Numbered from the stretch's first letter, positions 30,500 through 41,325 are shown. The stretch: DNA of 64,000 nucleotides from an uncultured bacterium (GCA_963727255.1 CAVSFC010000002.1:128001-192000); one strand, 5' to 3'. Notes: a model not told the origin generated them from the sequence alone. Made by a program: numbers and translations.

Positions 30500-33400
30500 T
30501 TATCTAAGCACATAAAAAACGATCATAGTAACAAGAAACCAAAGACCCGTTTGCACCGGCCAAAATAGCGTTATTAAATAGGGTGAAATTCTATGATCAA
30601 TAAACGCCTTAAACTGGCTCACGCGCAATAATAGCGCATGTAAAATCAAAATAAATAATGAAACATAGGTAAAGAAGAAAAAGTATTCTAAATAAAGAAG
30701 CTCTCCCGCCTGATATTGATTGCGCAAGGTTTGGTGCAAAATAATCAGCGAGAAAAATAATGCGGTATACGCACTAATTGATTTGAACGCATCAGTTTGC
30801 AAATGCCCCTTATAACTCAATAAGAAGATCGTATACAAAGTAAATAAAATAATAAGTAACGGTAAAAGATAAATTATCAGAGGGTTAGTGAGTTTGCGTT
30901 CTAAGATGATGTTATAATGAAGTTGCACATTTTCAGTAACATTGCGAATCGTTTCGAGGCCAACTTCATTAATCTGAGTTATCGTTTCAAAACTGAAGAA
31001 TGATAATTCACGATTAAATCCGGGGATCACCAGCTCGCTATTGAGACCGGGCAATGGATCAATATCAAGTGATTGATAGCCGCTAAAATCCGGCACTAAA
31101 ACGATATTTTTTTCAAAGTCCGCAGAAGCAAGAATAATATTGATATGTACCCGATCAAACGGAAACCAAGAAAACCTATGCTTCTGAGCAAACGTTGCCT
31201 GAATATTCCAACCAATTAATTTCTCATCTGCATTTTCCCTTCGAACCACCTCTTCTGCAGTATACTTTGCAGCATCAGGGAATCTTATTCCCTCTTTAAC
31301 AGTAAGCCCCTTCTTAATTTTTTGCCAAACATAGCCTGAGATTACCACTTGATTCCAATTAGAAAGATTAAGTGATTGAATAATAATACCCGTATATATT
31401 GGTATGGGCCGTTGTTCGCTCCGCTGAGCAGCGTCAAAATCAAGAAATCCAAGATATTTATCAATACCGGTTTGATCGCGCACCAAAATAATATCTGAAG
31501 AGGGTTGATAATCTGATCTATGGAGCATGATCCAGTAGGCGCAAACTCCTCCAGCAAAAATGAGCGTACTGAGAATCGCCCATACCTGCAATCGCCGAGA
31601 GGCAGCGAATTTCATCCGGCTTATGATTAATGCTAAAAAGAGCATTGATAGCACGATGCTTACATAAATCCAAATCTGCTGTTTATGCAACGCTTCTATT
31701 GGCAATTCAAATGATTCATCTGAAAAAAGGGTGGCAACTGTCCAGCCAATCGAAGGAATTCTTTCATAGGCGATCCAATGCTGTAATAAACTTTTTGGAT
31801 CGTAATAGGTTCCGAATCCGGTACAACCCTTTTTGATTTGTTCAGCAATATTTTTTAAATCAAGATTATTAGCTTCTTTAGTAATATCTAAAAGATTTAT
31901 TCGTTCTTTTACATATTGTTCTAATGGATGATAAATAAAAGTATTTTGAGCAGAAAGAAGCAGGGCATACCCGGTCTTTCCTACCTCGTTAAGCCGTAAA
32001 TGAGAAAGGATCTTATCAAGCTGATATTCTATAGCAATAACTCCCGCGCTCTTATCAGTATCTTTTTGATAAAATGGCACCGCATAAATAACATTTTGCT
32101 TTTTTGTTTTCGGATCAAAGAAAGTATCGGACCAGAATGCACCATCCGTTATTGCCCGATCATACCAACCTGTTTGCGGATCATCTTTAGCCCCAGGCAC
32201 CATATAATCCTGATCAAGCATTGTAACTTCCGGAGAAGAATCCTTGCGAAGCGCCTGCAATGCAAACAACCTCTTTTCAGGATTATATTCAAACGGCGCG
32301 AACGCAACTGTTATCTTAGTTATATAGGGCGATTCTTTAAGATCGCGGCTAATTCTTATTCCAATATCATCTTTTTTCAACGTCCCTGTTTGCAAGTCAC
32401 GCGCAATCATCTGAGCAATGCTTTCTATTTCTTTAATCGATTGATTAATTAATACCGCTTCAGTATGTGCTTTTGATTGAGCCAATTGCTTTGTTTTGGT
32501 AAAGATTACTCTATTGGTATTATAATAATTCCATACGAGGCGAGCACTAAAAAAAGTACTCATTATAAACGCAATCCAGAAAAAGCTTCTTATTGCAAAC
32601 CCAGAAAAAAAATAGGATCGAGCACGGCGAATCATCGCAGTATCTCGCAACAGATAGAGATAATAACTACCACATAAAATTAATAGCCCGAGGATGATCA
32701 GCAAAATCCATTTTTGCATGGTGAATGGTTTGAACAATTCAGATTCTTGAATACCAACACTAAGCCCAACATCAAGCTGCGGTACATAAAGCCATGCAGC
32801 AATTACAGCAATCCCAAATGCATCAATGACACTTGACGCGCCTTGAAACCCGAGCACTGATTTTCGCGTTGGAGTTGCAACATATTTATCAGATGCCGAT
32901 ATTTTTTTAAACGCAATATTACCATATAATCGTGAGGGGGCAACAAAAAGTACCCGATCTTCAATTGCTCTCACAACAAAAATATCGCCACTTTTGCCCA
33001 GCCCATCATAATTTTGAATGATGGCATATAATTTAGTTTCATCAATCCAGCTGGCAATGGCACCAACGAAAGTATCCTCAAAAAATACGGGAACTACCAA
33101 ATAAAGCGATGGCTCTTTTGTGAGTGGGTTGATCCCAAATTCACTAAAATCGGGAGTTAGCGTCATCCGCACACGCTCAAAAGACTGCGCCAGAATTCCA
33201 TTCTGGTACGGTTCCTTAAAAATATTTTTTTCACCAAGAATATCTATTTTTATCGTATAAAAAAGTGCTCCATCGGGCCGAATAAAAATCATATCTCGAA
33301 GGTTAAAGCTTTGCTTATTTTTATTAAAAAATTGATCAAGTTTAACTTCTTCTTTCTTATATTCATCGCGCACATTCGTAGCATCAAAAAATTTAGCTAA

Positions 33401-33631
33401 TGCCATAAAATGTTGTACCATCTCAGGATTTTGCGCAAGTTCTGCTCCCTGCTTTTTTTGTTCCTGCAAAAATGCAACGATCTCTTTTTTACGCTGTTCA
33501 GCGATTTTTTCTAATTCGAGTATTTTATGTGAAACAATCTGCGATCGATTATATACATATTTGAAACCTAAGAAACTGAACAAGGCTAATAATAGCAGAC
33601 AAAGAAGTGGTATTATCCTACTTTTGACCAT
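30500..33631 (-). CDS. Tandem Cache-domain pentameric ligand-gated ion channel-like protein
   Basis: TM-Cache-2TM-Cache-2TM followed by a pLGIC-like ectodomain (GYVWQ, WFPFD Pro-loop, pre-M1 ERK) and four C-terminal TM helices (M1 YLLPLL). Confidence 0.8.
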   Translation of the reverse strand: MVKSRIIPLLCLLLLALFSFLGFKYVYNRSQIVSHKILELEKIAEQRKKEIVAFLQEQKKQGAELAQNPEMVQHFMALAKFFDATNVRDEYKKEEVKLDQFFNKNKQSFNLRDMIFIRPDGALFYTIKIDILGEKNIFKEPYQNGILAQSFERVRMTLTPDFSEFGINPLTKEPSLYLVVPVFFEDTFVGAIASWIDETKLYAIIQNYDGLGKSGDIFVVRAIEDRVLFVAPSRLYGNIAFKKISASDKYVATPTRKSVLGFQGASSVIDAFGIAVIAAWLYVPQLDVGLSVGIQESELFKPFTMQKWILLIILGLLILCGSYYLYLLRDTAMIRRARSYFFSGFAIRSFFWIAFIMSTFFSARLVWNYYNTNRVIFTKTKQLAQSKAHTEAVLINQSIKEIESIAQMIARDLQTGTLKKDDIGIRISRDLKESPYITKITVAFAPFEYNPEKRLFALQALRKDSSPEVTMLDQDYMVPGAKDDPQTGWYDRAITDGAFWSDTFFDPKTKKQNVIYAVPFYQKDTDKSAGVIAIEYQLDKILSHLRLNEVGKTGYALLLSAQNTFIYHPLEQYVKERINLLDITKEANNLDLKNIAEQIKKGCTGFGTYYDPKSLLQHWIAYERIPSIGWTVATLFSDESFELPIEALHKQQIWIYVSIVLSMLFLALIISRMKFAASRRLQVWAILSTLIFAGGVCAYWIMLHRSDYQPSSDIILVRDQTGIDKYLGFLDFDAAQRSEQRPIPIYTGIIIQSLNLSNWNQVVISGYVWQKIKKGLTVKEGIRFPDAAKYTAEEVVRRENADEKLIGWNIQATFAQKHRFSWFPFDRVHINIILASADFEKNIVLVPDFSGYQSLDIDPLPGLNSELVIPGFNRELSFFSFETITQINEVGLETIRNVTENVQLHYNIILERKLTNPLIIYLLPLLIILFTLYTIFLLSYKGHLQTDAFKSISAYTALFFSLIILHQTLRNQYQAGELLYLEYFFFFTYVSLFILILHALLLRVSQFKAFIDHRISPYLITLFWPVQTGLWFLVTMIVFYVLR

Positions 33632-34878
33632 CGATTTCCCCATTGAAGATAGAGATCATTGATAAACTGTTCCCATTCTTTTTTTTCTTTAAAAATTGGG
33701 AAATTTAATGGCTGTACTTGAGAATCAGAATTCCAAACTATGGTAAATTGTCCATCTGATCGTAATTTTCCTACATAAATCCATTTCCAACTGTTCAACG
33801 TATTATTATCGGTATATACAATTCCTTCAGGCGCATTGATAACCCGATTATGCATATGTTTTAACACTAAAATTGGATCAGGAGTTCCTGCAACTTTAAC
33901 CGCATCAGCCCATAAATAGACACTCACATATCCTGATTCTGTCCAATCAGAAATTGCTGCATTGCTCCCATATCTTTTTTTATAATTAGTCACAAAAATA
34001 TAATTTTCTTCCCGTTCGAGCGATTGGAAATAACTTGCAGTAACATAATCGCCTGCCATCGCGCTCACCCCGAGTGCTGCAAATTCAGTTTCACCAACGC
34101 TTCCCACTGACATAACGGGAATTTTTTCTGGCGTGATGCCATGCGATCGCAATTCACCAAAGAAAACCTCAACTGCATCTCCCTGGATAGTGTTTATTAT
34201 TACATCCGGCTTTAACTCTAAAATTTTTTGGATTGGACCTGAAACGTCTACATTTTCCCAGAGAAGATATTCTTCACCAACTACTTCTGCGTTTACTGTC
34301 TTAAGAGCTTCTTTGATTATTGCTTGGGCCACCCGCGAATAAATATCTTCACTGCCGATAAGAAAGAATTTTTTACCAAGATTATAATAACTCCATAATG
34401 CGCAGGGAACAATTTGCTGATTCTGAGATGCTCCGACAATCACAACATTAGGAGATTCTTCTGCCCCTTCAGAAGTAATTGGATACATCAGAAGATTATT
34501 ATATTTCTCAACAACGTCTCTTACCGCTTTTCTGCTTGATGAGGTCCAGCAACCCACGATTGCATATACTTTTTCTTCAACGATTAACCGTTGGGCCTCG
34601 CGGGCAAAAACAGCATCATCGGATTTTGCATCAACCACAATGGGAAGAATTTTACGGCCAAGAATTCCCCCTTTGGAATTAATTTCATCAATAGCCATCA
34701 ACTCAGCATCTACCATTGTTTTTTCACTGAATGCTAAAGTTCCGGTGAGCGAATGCAAGATTCCTAATTTAATAGGCGGCTTGATCATACGAGTAAAAAA
34801 AAATATACCCAGACTTAGTGCAATTGCGGAAAAAATTATGAGTGGAATCAATACATGAATGGCTATTTTAAATTTCAT
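33613..34878 (-). CDS. UrtA/AmiC-type periplasmic substrate-binding protein (type I fold), membrane anchored
   Basis: IKLGILHSLTGTLAFSE, EINSKGGILGR, GCWTSSSRKAV, EG.E.SPN; no ABC permease genes adjacent. Confidence 0.85.
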   Translation of the reverse strand: MKFKIAIHVLIPLIIFSAIALSLGIFFFTRMIKPPIKLGILHSLTGTLAFSEKTMVDAELMAIDEINSKGGILGRKILPIVVDAKSDDAVFAREAQRLIVEEKVYAIVGCWTSSSRKAVRDVVEKYNNLLMYPITSEGAEESPNVVIVGASQNQQIVPCALWSYYNLGKKFFLIGSEDIYSRVAQAIIKEALKTVNAEVVGEEYLLWENVDVSGPIQKILELKPDVIINTIQGDAVEVFFGELRSHGITPEKIPVMSVGSVGETEFAALGVSAMAGDYVTASYFQSLEREENYIFVTNYKKRYGSNAAISDWTESGYVSVYLWADAVKVAGTPDPILVLKHMHNRVINAPEGIVYTDNNTLNSWKWIYVGKLRSDGQFTIVWNSDSQVQPLNFPIFKEKKEWEQFINDLYLQWGNRWSKVG

Positions 34879-35778
34879 TTTCACCCACCAGTTGTTTATA
34901 GACCTTCTTTAATGAAATAGCATGATCATCAACATCTGCCCACGGATCACCCTCGGCCTTAATCTGCTTAAAATATTTTTTATATTAAATTTCTGGGAGG
35001 TTAACTGTGAGTTTTTTACCTCATCCCAAAAAAGTGGCGCCGCGACGGGCGCTTTTTCCCGAGCTCTGACAGAATAAGGCATCACCGACGTTGCACTATA
35101 TCGATTCCGCAACGTATCAATGAAAATTTTGCCGGCTCGTTTCGCTTTACGAACTTCAAGCGTAAACTGCTGGGGACTTTCTTCCATCATTTTTTTTGCA
35201 ATCGCATAGGCAAAATCGGCAACGAAATCAAACGTATGCACTCGTTTTAAGGGTACATAGACGTGCATTCCCCGTGATCCAGTAGTCATTGCAAAGCAAG
35301 GAATCTTTAAATCACTCAAAATTTCTTTAATAAGTAATGCCGCTTTGCGGATACGGGTAAAATCATCTTTTGATGGATCCAGATCAAAAATCATGCGATC
35401 GGGCGTATGCAATTTATTATATTGCGATAACCATGCATGAATGGTTATCGCTCCTTGATTTGCAAGATATACCAGGGTTGCAGGATTATTACCGATCACA
35501 TAATGCACCTTTCCCCCTTCTTCTTTGCCTATTGCCACGGTTTTTATCCAATCAGGAAAGTAACTTCCGGCATTTTTTTGATAAAACGATTCACCGGTGA
35601 TCCCTTCTGGATACCGTTGCATGGTTAATGGATGATTTTTAGTGTGAGCAATCCCATAATCAGCAACTTGATAATAGTAGTTGATAATAGTTCCTTTGCG
35701 GATTTTCGATTTAGGAAACCAGATTTTATCAAGATTGCTCAGTTGTATAATGCGATTTCCAATTTTTGTTGAACTCAT
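34868..35778 (-). CDS. LigD polymerase (primase-polymerase) domain, stand-alone; probable 1-nt frameshift near 34960
   Basis: LSNLDK, RYPEG, FYQK, PDRMIFDLDP, TTGSRGMH, IFID, PYSVRAR. The conserved GDPW tail lies in the adjacent frame, ending at 34868. Confidence 0.9.
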
Positions 35779-35779
35779 A

Positions 35780-36451
35780 CTATTCCCACTCCGCATCATG
35801 ATCATCCTTAATTTGCTTCATGGTTCGCCCGCTTATTGCCGAGACATCTTTATTGACTACTTTACCGGTTACCCTTTTTTTTGGTTCATCTTCACGCGGG
35901 TTCATTTTTAAAATAATCCAACTTTCTTTATTAGAAAGCCCGTTCGTTTTTATGAGTGCATACGGGCCCCAAATTTTTTTACCCTTAATGAATACTTCTA
36001 CAGTGCCTCTATCATAACACTCGTCAAGCGGAACCAGTTTTCCTTTTTCTTCTTTAATATTTTCAAAAGTGCCTATATCCCATACCATAACGGTACCCCC
36101 ACCATAATGGCCTTCGGGGATTATTCCTTCAAAGTCACCATATTCCATGGGATGATCATCGGTTGGCACTGCTAAACGGCGCACTCCGCGCGTAGTTGGT
36201 ATTCCTTTAGGAACTGCCCAGGATTTAAGTACTCCGTCAATTTCAAGCCTCAGATCATAGTGCAAATGGCTTGCATCATGTTTTTGAACAACATATAACG
36301 GATTTCCTGTTTTTGTTCTCTTTACTTTTCCATACGGCTCAAACTTTGATTCTTTCTTTAATGCACGCCGAGTACGATATTTTTTTAAATTTGCTGCCAT
36401 TGCTATGCATCCTACAAACAAAACAAAAATAAAGAATATAATTTTTTTCAT
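35780..36451 (-). CDS. LigD 3'-phosphoesterase (PE) domain, stand-alone
   Basis: VVQKHDASHLHYDLRLE, LKSWAVPKG, RLAVPTDDHP, FEGIIPEGHYGGGTVMVWD; alternative start at 36400. Confidence 0.92.
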   Translation of the reverse strand: MKKIIFFIFVLFVGCIAMAANLKKYRTRRALKKESKFEPYGKVKRTKTGNPLYVVQKHDASHLHYDLRLEIDGVLKSWAVPKGIPTTRGVRRLAVPTDDHPMEYGDFEGIIPEGHYGGGTVMVWDIGTFENIKEEKGKLVPLDECYDRGTVEVFIKGKKIWGPYALIKTNGLSNKESWIILKMNPREDEPKKRVTGKVVNKDVSAISGRTMKQIKDDHDAEWE

Positions 36452-36533
36452 TTTTGTTTTTAGACTGCTAGAAAGAAGCAATAGATTTCAAGAGATGATT
36501 GATTTCGGCAAACAAAAGTAAACAAGTCAATAA

Positions 36534-36564
36534 AAAAGGCAGACCCTTTTTGAGTCTGCCTTTT
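36534..36564. terminator. Intrinsic terminator
   Basis: aaaaggcagac/gtctgcctttt IR. Confidence 0.7.
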
Positions 36565-36614
36565 AATCTTCCTTAAACGAATTAGTAAATGCTCAATATA
36601 CTCCCCTGGATTTA

Positions 36615-37040
36615 CTACTCTGCAGTTTGCGCAGCTACAACGGCTGGGACAGTTTGTTCTAATTTTTCAACGGTTACCACTAAATCAAAGCTTTCTGATG
36701 GGCCATCGCAGCGCATTGAACCATTCATTACTTCTGATCCTGGATTCAAAGTAAATGAAAATTTTGGTAAGCCGCGAACCATATAAGCACCAGTTTCATT
36801 TTTAGTTGCAACGGTAAATTGTAACAAAATTTGCTCTGCATTTTCTTCAAGCAATTCAGCTTCTATATAGCTCGTCTCATCTTGGTAGCAAAGGTCACGT
36901 TGACCCACTTCCAGTGTAAGTTTTTTTCCTGTTTCTAACGGTGTATCGGTACGCATAATACCTGCAGTCAAATTGATTTTAGCAGATGCGGTACTTGCAA
37001 TAGTCAAAAGACCCAGTGCTAGAAATTTCATTGTTTTCAT
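36615..37040 (-). CDS. Secreted hypothetical protein
   Basis: RBS aaggag, signal peptide ending ASA. Confidence 0.75.
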   Translation of the reverse strand: MKTMKFLALGLLTIASTASAKINLTAGIMRTDTPLETGKKLTLEVGQRDLCYQDETSYIEAELLEENAEQILLQFTVATKNETGAYMVRGLPKFSFTLNPGSEVMNGSMRCDGPSESFDLVVTVEKLEQTVPAVVAAQTAE

Positions 37041-37154
37041 AGAGTTCTCCTTGTAAATGTGTCATACAATGTTTAAGGAAGCTGCTCTATTACTACAATC
37101 TTTTTTTAAAATGATGACACATTGTAACAGAAGGGCTCATTAAAGCAACTATTT

Positions 37155-37235
37155 CTGTTCGCTTCGAAGGAGGCCAAGGCCGATTCGAGAAGTATTTGAA
37201 TTTCTCGAATCGCTACGTTCGCTCGAAACGAACGG
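37155..37235. repeat. Multi-hairpin palindromic element downstream of leuS
   Basis: ctgttcgcttcga..ggccaaggcc..cgattcgagaa/ttctcgaatcg..tcgaaacgaacgg; homologous to 9002-9091. Confidence 0.8.
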
Positions 37236-37264
37236 TTTGGTTTTTTTTATTCAACTCTCATATA

Positions 37265-39719
37265 TCATTTAACAACAAAGTTAATTAGCCGATCTTTTAT
37301 AAAAATTACTTTATGAATTCTATTTCCCTTGAGCCACGAAAGAATTTCTTTTTCTGCTAATTCGCGCACTTCTTTTTCTTGCGCATCACGTTTTACAAAA
37401 ATATTTGCGCGCAATTTTCCATTTACCTGAACCACAATCTCAATGAGCTGATCAGCTGCAAGTTTTGCATCGAAACTTGGCCACGCACAATTTTGCAATT
37501 GCTTGCCACAAATGGTTTGCTAAAATCTCGCTTGCCATATTAGGCGCAAGCACTGAAAGCGCGACGGCAAGTTTTTCAACTGTTTCTCTACTAAGAAGCA
37601 TCTTATCAGCGGTAACATCATTGAGCCATTCCATCATCGCTGAAATTGCAGTATTTGGTTTATAGTTTGCCAGACGTTCTTGATATTCTTTTAAGAATTT
37701 ATTAAAACGCTGCTTGGTTGGCATATCTTCAGCCACACCATCTTGCAAAATAGTATCGGGAGTATTCAAATAATCCCATAATCTATTCAAGAAACGCTTA
37801 ATCCCTTCCATGCCATTATCTTGCCATTCACATTCAATACCTGGGGGCCCCATAAACATTAAATACATGCGTAATGCATCGGTACCATACTGCGCAATCA
37901 TATCATCAGGGTTTACAACATTCCCCTGTGATTTAGACATTTTTTCTACATGTCCTGTTTTTTCGCTATACCTTAAAACCAATAGCGGGTTTAAGAGATG
38001 CGTAAAGGGCTCATCAAAAGTTAAATAGCCTTGATCTTGCAGAAATTTCACATAAAAACGAGCATATAATAGATGCAAAATCGCATGCTCAATGCCGCCA
38101 ACATATAAATCAACCGGCATCCAATATTGCATATCTTTTTTATCAAATGGCTCATTTTTCAAGTGTGGATTTGGATACCGCAAGAAATACCAGCTTGAAC
38201 CAGCCCATTGCGGCATGGTGTTAGTTTCTCGTTTTGCAGGCCCGCCGCATTTCGGGCACTTCGTGTTAACCCATGATTCTATTGCCGCAAGTGGAGATTC
38301 GCCAGTGCCGGTCGGTTGATATCGTTCAACGGGCGGTAAAGTTACGGGTAATTGATCTTCAGGGACCGGAACAATCCCGTCTTTTTTACAATGCACGAGT
38401 GGGATCGGCTCGCCCCAATATCGTTGGCGAGAAAAAAGCCAATCGCGCAGTTTATAGTTGGTAACTCGTTCAGCTATTTTTTTATCTATCAAAGTTTGCA
38501 CAATTTTTTCACGGCCCTCAGTATATGCATCAAGCCCATTAAAAGGGCCACTATTAACCAGAAAACCTGGTCCCTCGTACGATTTTTTTATATTCGCATC
38601 CGCATCAGAAAGTACGCCTTCAGCTTTTATTACCATGGGCCGGCGCAAATCAAAAGTAATAGCGAATTCAAAATCCCTTTCATCATGCGCGGGAACACCC
38701 ATCACTATTCCGGTGCCATATCCCATGAGTACATATGATGCAGCGTATACCGGAATTGATTCACCAGTGATAGGATTGGTTGCATATGCCCCGGTGAAAA
38801 CCCCAGTTTTTTCTTTGCCATCATCAGTATCTTCTCCCATCATGCGCGTGCTCATTACCATATCGCGATAATTTTCCACAGCTTCTTTATCTTCTGCAGA
38901 TACTAAATCATTAACCAATGGATGATTGGGAGCGATCACCAAAAATGTTGCTCCGTATATGGTTTCCGGAAATTTTGTGAATATCGGCAGATCCAAAGTT
39001 TTGCCTGTATTTGAAATAGCCTTGAAATAAATTTGCACCCCTTCACTCTTGCCGATCCAGTTGCGCTGCATCAATTTTATTTTTTCAGGCCAGTCAAGTT
39101 TATCCAAACCTTCCAGCAATTTTTCTGCATATGCCGTAATTTTGAGCACCCACTGGGCAATATTTTTTTGCGTTACGAGACTGCCACATCGCTCGCATCT
39201 GCCATTAACCACTTCTTCGTTGGCAAGCCCGGTCAAATCAGTAGGGCACCAATTGATTGGCAATTCTGCGCGATACGCAAGGCCCGCTTCATACATTTTT
39301 AAAAAAATCCATTGAGTCCACTTATAATATTGCGGATCAGTGGTATCAATTTCTTTATCCCAATCGTAAATTGCAGCCAATTGTTTTAACTGGCGCTTAA
39401 AAGTAGCAATATTGCTTGCTGTGCCAACCGCCGGCGGAATACCCTTTTTTATTGCATCATTTTCGGCGGGCAATCCAAATGCATCCCATCCCATTGGATG
39501 CAATACATTATACCCTTCCATCCATTTGATACGTGCATAAATATCAGAAAGTACATACCCACTCCAATGACCTACATGCAACCCTGAACCGGAGGGATAG
39601 GGGAACATATCTAAGCAATAGAATTTTTTTCCTGAGCCAGCAGGTTTGGTTTTTGCCGGCGGATTCTTTGCCCAAATCTTTTGCCATTTTTCTTCTATAG
39701 CTTTAAAATCGTAACTCAT
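37265..39719 (-). CDS. leuS: Leucine--tRNA ligase, 1 frameshift near 37520
   Basis: MFPYPSGSGLHVGH, GTGIVMGVPAHDERD editing motif, SRQRYWG, KMSKS, C-terminal VVQVNGKLR. Confidence 0.97.
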
Positions 39720-39856
39720 GGAAGGCCCTTTTGACATGCAAAAAAAAGAATAATTGTATTGTAACATACAATATAATTTTACCCAATTCAAAAAGGAACC
39801 CATGAAACAGATTTTGTGCCCGATAAAAAGATTAAGGCCCGTTTTTAGGAGAGATT

Positions 39857-40486
39857 ATGAAAAATGAAAATATTCTGGTCGTCAAACGAGAAAAACTGTT
39901 CCCCGAAACCGCCTTTCAAGGATTAGTAGCATCCGGCACACAAGCATTGCTTGAAATTATTAATCGAGAAAAAGAATTTAAGCCTCGCCCGCTCATGGAA
40001 GAAGATTCTGCCTATAAACAAATTATTCCCTATCTTCTTTTTAAATATCAAGATCGCTATTTTTTAATGCAACGCAAATCAACTAACACGGATCAAAGGC
40101 TTAAAAATAAATACTCTTTGGGCATTGGTGGCCATATGCGCCAAGAAGATTTGGGAAACGGAGATAGTATCTTTGACTGGGGCAAGCGCGAATTCCATGA
40201 AGAAATTGCCTATTCAGGAAACTTAAAAATGAGCACCTTAGGTATTCTTAATGATGATAGCAATCCAGTCGGGCACGTTCACTTAGGGCTTGTTCTGCTT
40301 CTTGAGGGCGATTCGGAACACATTAAAATTCGTTCAGAACTTAAGAGCGGCCAACTCCTGACCGCTCTTGAAATACAGAAATTTTATGCCGATTTGGAAA
40401 CCTGGAGCCAGATTATTTTTGATGCAATTTTAAATCCGCTCAAAACAGAGAAGGCTAATCAAAAACAATCCAGTTCAGTCTATTGA
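39857..40486 (+). CDS. Predicted NUDIX-family phosphoesterase
   Basis: KQIIPY, SLGIGGH, REFHEE, NDD..VG.VHLG motifs. Confidence 0.8.
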   Translation: MKNENILVVKREKLFPETAFQGLVASGTQALLEIINREKEFKPRPLMEEDSAYKQIIPYLLFKYQDRYFLMQRKSTNTDQRLKNKYSLGIGGHMRQEDLGNGDSIFDWGKREFHEEIAYSGNLKMSTLGILNDDSNPVGHVHLGLVLLLEGDSEHIKIRSELKSGQLLTALEIQKFYADLETWSQIIFDAILNPLKTEKANQKQSSSVY

Positions 40487-41325
40487 GCCAACTTACGATA
40501 TTTGAAAACCATAAGGGTTAAATAGAGAGCACACGTGCTATCGGTATGGCCAGCTCCGGAAGGAAGAACACGCGTTGCTGTCATTTGCGCATATGCACCA
40601 GGTGTTAATATTGGTCCTGTTAATGGAATATCCACCTGCTGTTGGGTTAAATTTGCTGGAGTTGGCCCATAGCTCAATAATTGGTCACCGCTATCTAATA
40701 TAAATTTCGGCGTACCGGTCGATAACGGAACAACTGCTAGATCATCAAAATAATCTGCCGTAAGTTGCCAATTTACATAACTTCCCGTGCAATCAGCCGC
40801 TACGGGACTCGGATTTGGGTTAAACCAATGCAGGGTAACCGTTGGCGTTACCGATGGATCTAAATCTTCCGGAACCTCAAACTCTGCAGTAATTGCTATG
40901 GGAGTAATCCCCGTCGCTGCCACATTGGTCATCGGCCAGCCGGTAATGGTATCACGATACCCTACAAGCCCGTTATAATATGGCTGGAATGGCTGAGGCG
41001 ATATCCCCGTTGGGCCCGAAGTTGCAGCCTGAAAGTTCTTGATATTATAATGCGTTGAATCAGTGTTAAAGCTCAAACTATCAGTGTAAGTACAAGCACA
41101 AGGGCCAGATATACCCGAACAAACGGTCAGATTTTGAATCGAAACATTGCCCAAAATCGTAGGGCCAGACACACAAAGCGCGCAAAATTTTGCGGAAGTA
41201 GCAGGACATGCCAAGCAATCTCTGGTGCTTGCTTCGGGTAAACTTTGCATTTCAGCCGCACCAATTTGGCCCAGGCTGCTTAATGCGGCAACGCATATAA
41301 CCTGCAGAATGATTAGCTTCTTCAT
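40480..41325 (-). CDS. Secreted Cys/Pro/Thr-rich hypothetical protein
   Basis: Signal peptide, Cys-rich N-terminal region, beta-rich C-terminal domain. Confidence 0.7.
   Translation of the reverse strand: MKKLIILQVICVAALSSLGQIGAAEMQSLPEASTRDCLACPATSAKFCALCVSGPTILGNVSIQNLTVCSGISGPCACTYTDSLSFNTDSTHYNIKNFQAATSGPTGISPQPFQPYYNGLVGYRDTITGWPMTNVAATGITPIAITAEFEVPEDLDPSVTPTVTLHWFNPNPSPVAADCTGSYVNWQLTADYFDDLAVVPLSTGTPKFILDSGDQLLSYGPTPANLTQQQVDIPLTGPILTPGAYAQMTATRVLPSGAGHTDSTCALYLTLMVFKYRKLAQ

Noticed and set aside
30500..33631. Annotation as a chemoreceptor or histidine kinase because of the Cache domains
   Set aside because: No HAMP, MCP, HisKA, GGDEF or PP2C output domain; the C-terminus is pLGIC-like.
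33613..34878. Annotation as a urea ABC transporter operon
   Set aside because: No permease, ATPase or urease genes in the window, and pocket motifs diverge.
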